The position numbers and the translations under genes were made by a program. Under the pieces are notes generated by a model. That model did not search any database and was not told where the DNA came from. It worked only from the letters and a program-made list of their open reading frames with translations. Positions 62,801 to 64,000 of a stretch of DNA of 64,000 nucleotides are shown piece after piece (position 1 is the first letter of the stretch; each line of letters begins with the position of its first letter). Source of the DNA: Tubulanus polymorphus (lineage: Eukaryota > Animalia > Nemertea); the NCBI RefSeq assembly GCF_964204645.1, contig NC_134033.1, forward strand, positions 15,384,655-15,448,654, given 5' to 3'.

Positions 62801-62984
62801 TGAAAAAAGTAACACTTCAAAAATATACTTTCTATCCACTTCAGTCCACAATTAATGGCTTAATTCACAAACTAACACAGGTACCTTTCGAAATAATCCA
62901 ATTCTATGTATGTTTCGAGTGATTAATCAACATTATTTTGAGAAATTAATTAATTTCCTTACAAATTTCGCCATTGGCCGCCAT
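47824..62984 (-). CDS. Senataxin/Sen1-like (UPF1-family SF1B) helicase with degenerate catalytic motifs and a long disordered N-terminus, about 21 exons
   Basis: Start exon 62984-62963 (MAANGEI), 62191-61989, large exon 61899-59088 ending LLEKVLLW; [22 protein letters not shown] (SETX-like stalk); FNKSQ; QGFPGTGKT (about 54994-55020); IIDQ|ACNLTE; DQSLFERL; LTEQYRM; VVTPYSAQ; [16 protein letters not shown]; [12 protein letters not shown]. The 3' end is uncertain (stop near 48580 or a final exon ending 47824). Confidence 0.85.
47948..48127. mobile_element. Tc1/mariner-like MITE
   Basis: TA-flanked CAGTCAAACCCCG...CTTGACTG; sibling of 27408-27587. Confidence 0.8.
48414..48521. mobile_element. 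Harbinger-like palindromic MITE
   Basis: GACCCGGTTCCACAGTT...AACTGTGGAACTGGACC with CTG/CTG flanks. Confidence 0.7.
48830..49260. repeat. 42-bp minisatellite (about 10 degenerate copies) containing the AACTGTGGAACTGG MITE terminus
   Basis: CAACTGTGGAACTGGATCCAGAGTCAAAYTAAACCCAC units. Confidence 0.85.
50106..50281. mobile_element. Tc1/mariner-like MITE (inverted copy)
   Basis: TA|CAGTCAAGCCCCG...GTCGACTG|TA. Confidence 0.8.
51005..51292. mobile_element. piggyBac-like MITE
   Basis: TTAA|CCCTTTCAGTGC...GCACTGAAAGGG|TTAA. Confidence 0.85.
52095..52430. repeat. GTGTAT-rich low-complexity intronic repeat
   Basis: Degenerate GGTGTATGT units. Confidence 0.7.
54650..54932. mobile_element. piggyBac-like MITE (inverted sibling of 51005-51292; short relative at about 53467-53574)
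   Basis: TTAA|CCCTTTCAGTG...CATTGAAAGGG|TTAA. Confidence 0.85.
56703..56821. mobile_element. Harbinger-like MITE family A
   Basis: GGGCCGGTTGCA...TGCAACTGGCTC with CAG/CAG flanks; an older copy follows immediately. Confidence 0.7.
57120..57708. repeat. Pyrimidine-rich compound (CTCTCC)/(CTGGCT) repeat in an intron
   Basis: Directly visible. Confidence 0.9.
58760..58992. repeat. About 29-bp minisatellite GATTGTTTGAATCCCTACAGAGG (about 8 copies)
   Basis: Directly visible. Confidence 0.85.
59322..59545 (-). repeat. Coding 30-bp tandem repeat ([10 protein letters not shown], about 7 copies) in the helicase N-terminal exon
   Basis: TTGATTCCGATCAATGTCGACTGAATCCAT units, in frame. Confidence 0.92.
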
Positions 62985-63269
62985 TTCTCTGTATTGCACA
63001 TGTGGCATGATAAGACAAGGGGACCTACAAGGATTTAGATAAAACTTTCAAGACGAAACGACAATTTTTATTTTTGATGGTTTTCCAACCTATATTTCAA
63101 ATCTTCGTGTTTTCCATTATAAATAATGAATTAATAAATTCTGGTAAAAGAAAAATGTGAATAAGGGTTGATTTCTTAATATTTTTCAATTTCGTCGTTT
63201 CGCTTCGTTAGTTTGTGCTGTTGTCCTGGCCTCAGTCCACAGGTGCCAGCACCTCCAGTAATTTTTAAA

Positions 63270-63341
63270 ATGGCAGCTGTTGACTCTACGGAAATTTACT
63301 CTCACTTTACGGCCGATTTGCACATGGATTTAGATCGTCAG
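63270..63341 (+). CDS. Possible first exon of a divergently transcribed gene (bidirectional promoter at 62985-63269)
   Basis: AAAATGGC start context, MAAVDSTEIYSHFTADLHMDLDRQ, strong donor CAG|GTGAGC. No downstream exon could be joined convincingly. Confidence 0.35.
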
Positions 63342-64000
63342 GTGAGCTGTTATAGGTATCAGACAAACTACGAATCTGTTGTGTGTCGATTACAACAAAA
63401 ATTTAACGGATATCTTAAGAGACAATGAAATGCCAGGCAAATTACTCGTCAGTCAAATTGGCTGACGAAGATTTCATACAAAAATGACCTTCCCATTCCT
63501 GACTGTGGTTTGTGAAAATATCCGATCGTGAAACTAAACCACAGACAGGTTACTGACTACGATCGCTCCTGGTCCAAGCCAAGCGCTCAATACTCACTTA
63601 AGTTAAGACCGGTCGCGGTCGAATGAACTTTTAACAACCCGATCCGATTAAAGTGAAAGTAAATTCACCAGTGCTGCCAACACGGTGGTGGATTATAGAA
63701 CTAACATCGATCGAATTAACCCTAGGAAAAACTCGACGTGTTCATTCCTGCCCTAGGAATCATAATGTTCCGGAGCGGATAGCAACTCATCGCGTCCGAC
63801 TAACGAATACTTTAGGATATACGCCCGGAGCGGAGACGAACTCGTCGCGTCTCAGGCAGCGAATACTTCAGAATTGATCTGACCTAGATTTTAGTCATAG
63901 AGAGAAAATGATGAAAACTGCATCAGCCGCAGCAGCAGCAGCAGCATCAGTAGTAGAACTGTCAAAAGTGCTGGGTGATGTTGGATAATAATGAACATGC

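Noticed and set aside
63480-63560. C/D-box snoRNA or hammerhead ribozyme
   Set aside because: CTGA and GAAA are present, but there is no RTGATGA box C or CTGATGA core and no convincing rRNA complementarity.

Overview
Intron-rich eukaryotic DNA, most likely from a marine invertebrate (lophotrochozoan-like; this is inference and the species cannot be named from the sequence). Gene models were built by hand from GT-AG sites and reading-frame phase, and most ORFs in the supplied track are exon fragments or repeat artefacts. Host genes: (1) a GPI-anchored Ly6/uPAR-like gene; (2) a 28-coding-exon secreted VWD-C8-TIL protein whose centre is encoded by 12 symmetric, mostly 51-60 nt micro-exons, each a two-cysteine module, almost all invisible in the ORF track; (3) three paralogues of a secreted 4-Cys prepropeptide family I do not recognise; (4) a Norrin (NDP) homologue; (5) an intron-containing tRNA-Tyr; (6) a Gal/GlcNAc-6-O-sulfotransferase; (7) a senataxin-like SF1 helicase with a natural Walker-B E-to-Q change, other decayed motifs and an N-terminal cluster of SUMO-interacting-like motifs. 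Mobile DNA: a young Ty3/Gypsy-type LTR element encoding only Gag and protease (-1 frameshift signal, tRNA-Phe PBS, seven antisense tRNA T-arm hairpins in its leader), a tRNA-derived SINE whose head is tandemly amplified 12-fold, and many MITEs (Mutator-, Harbinger-, Tc1/mariner- and piggyBac-like) and minisatellites. No CRISPR array. No database search could be run, so every novelty claim is provisional.
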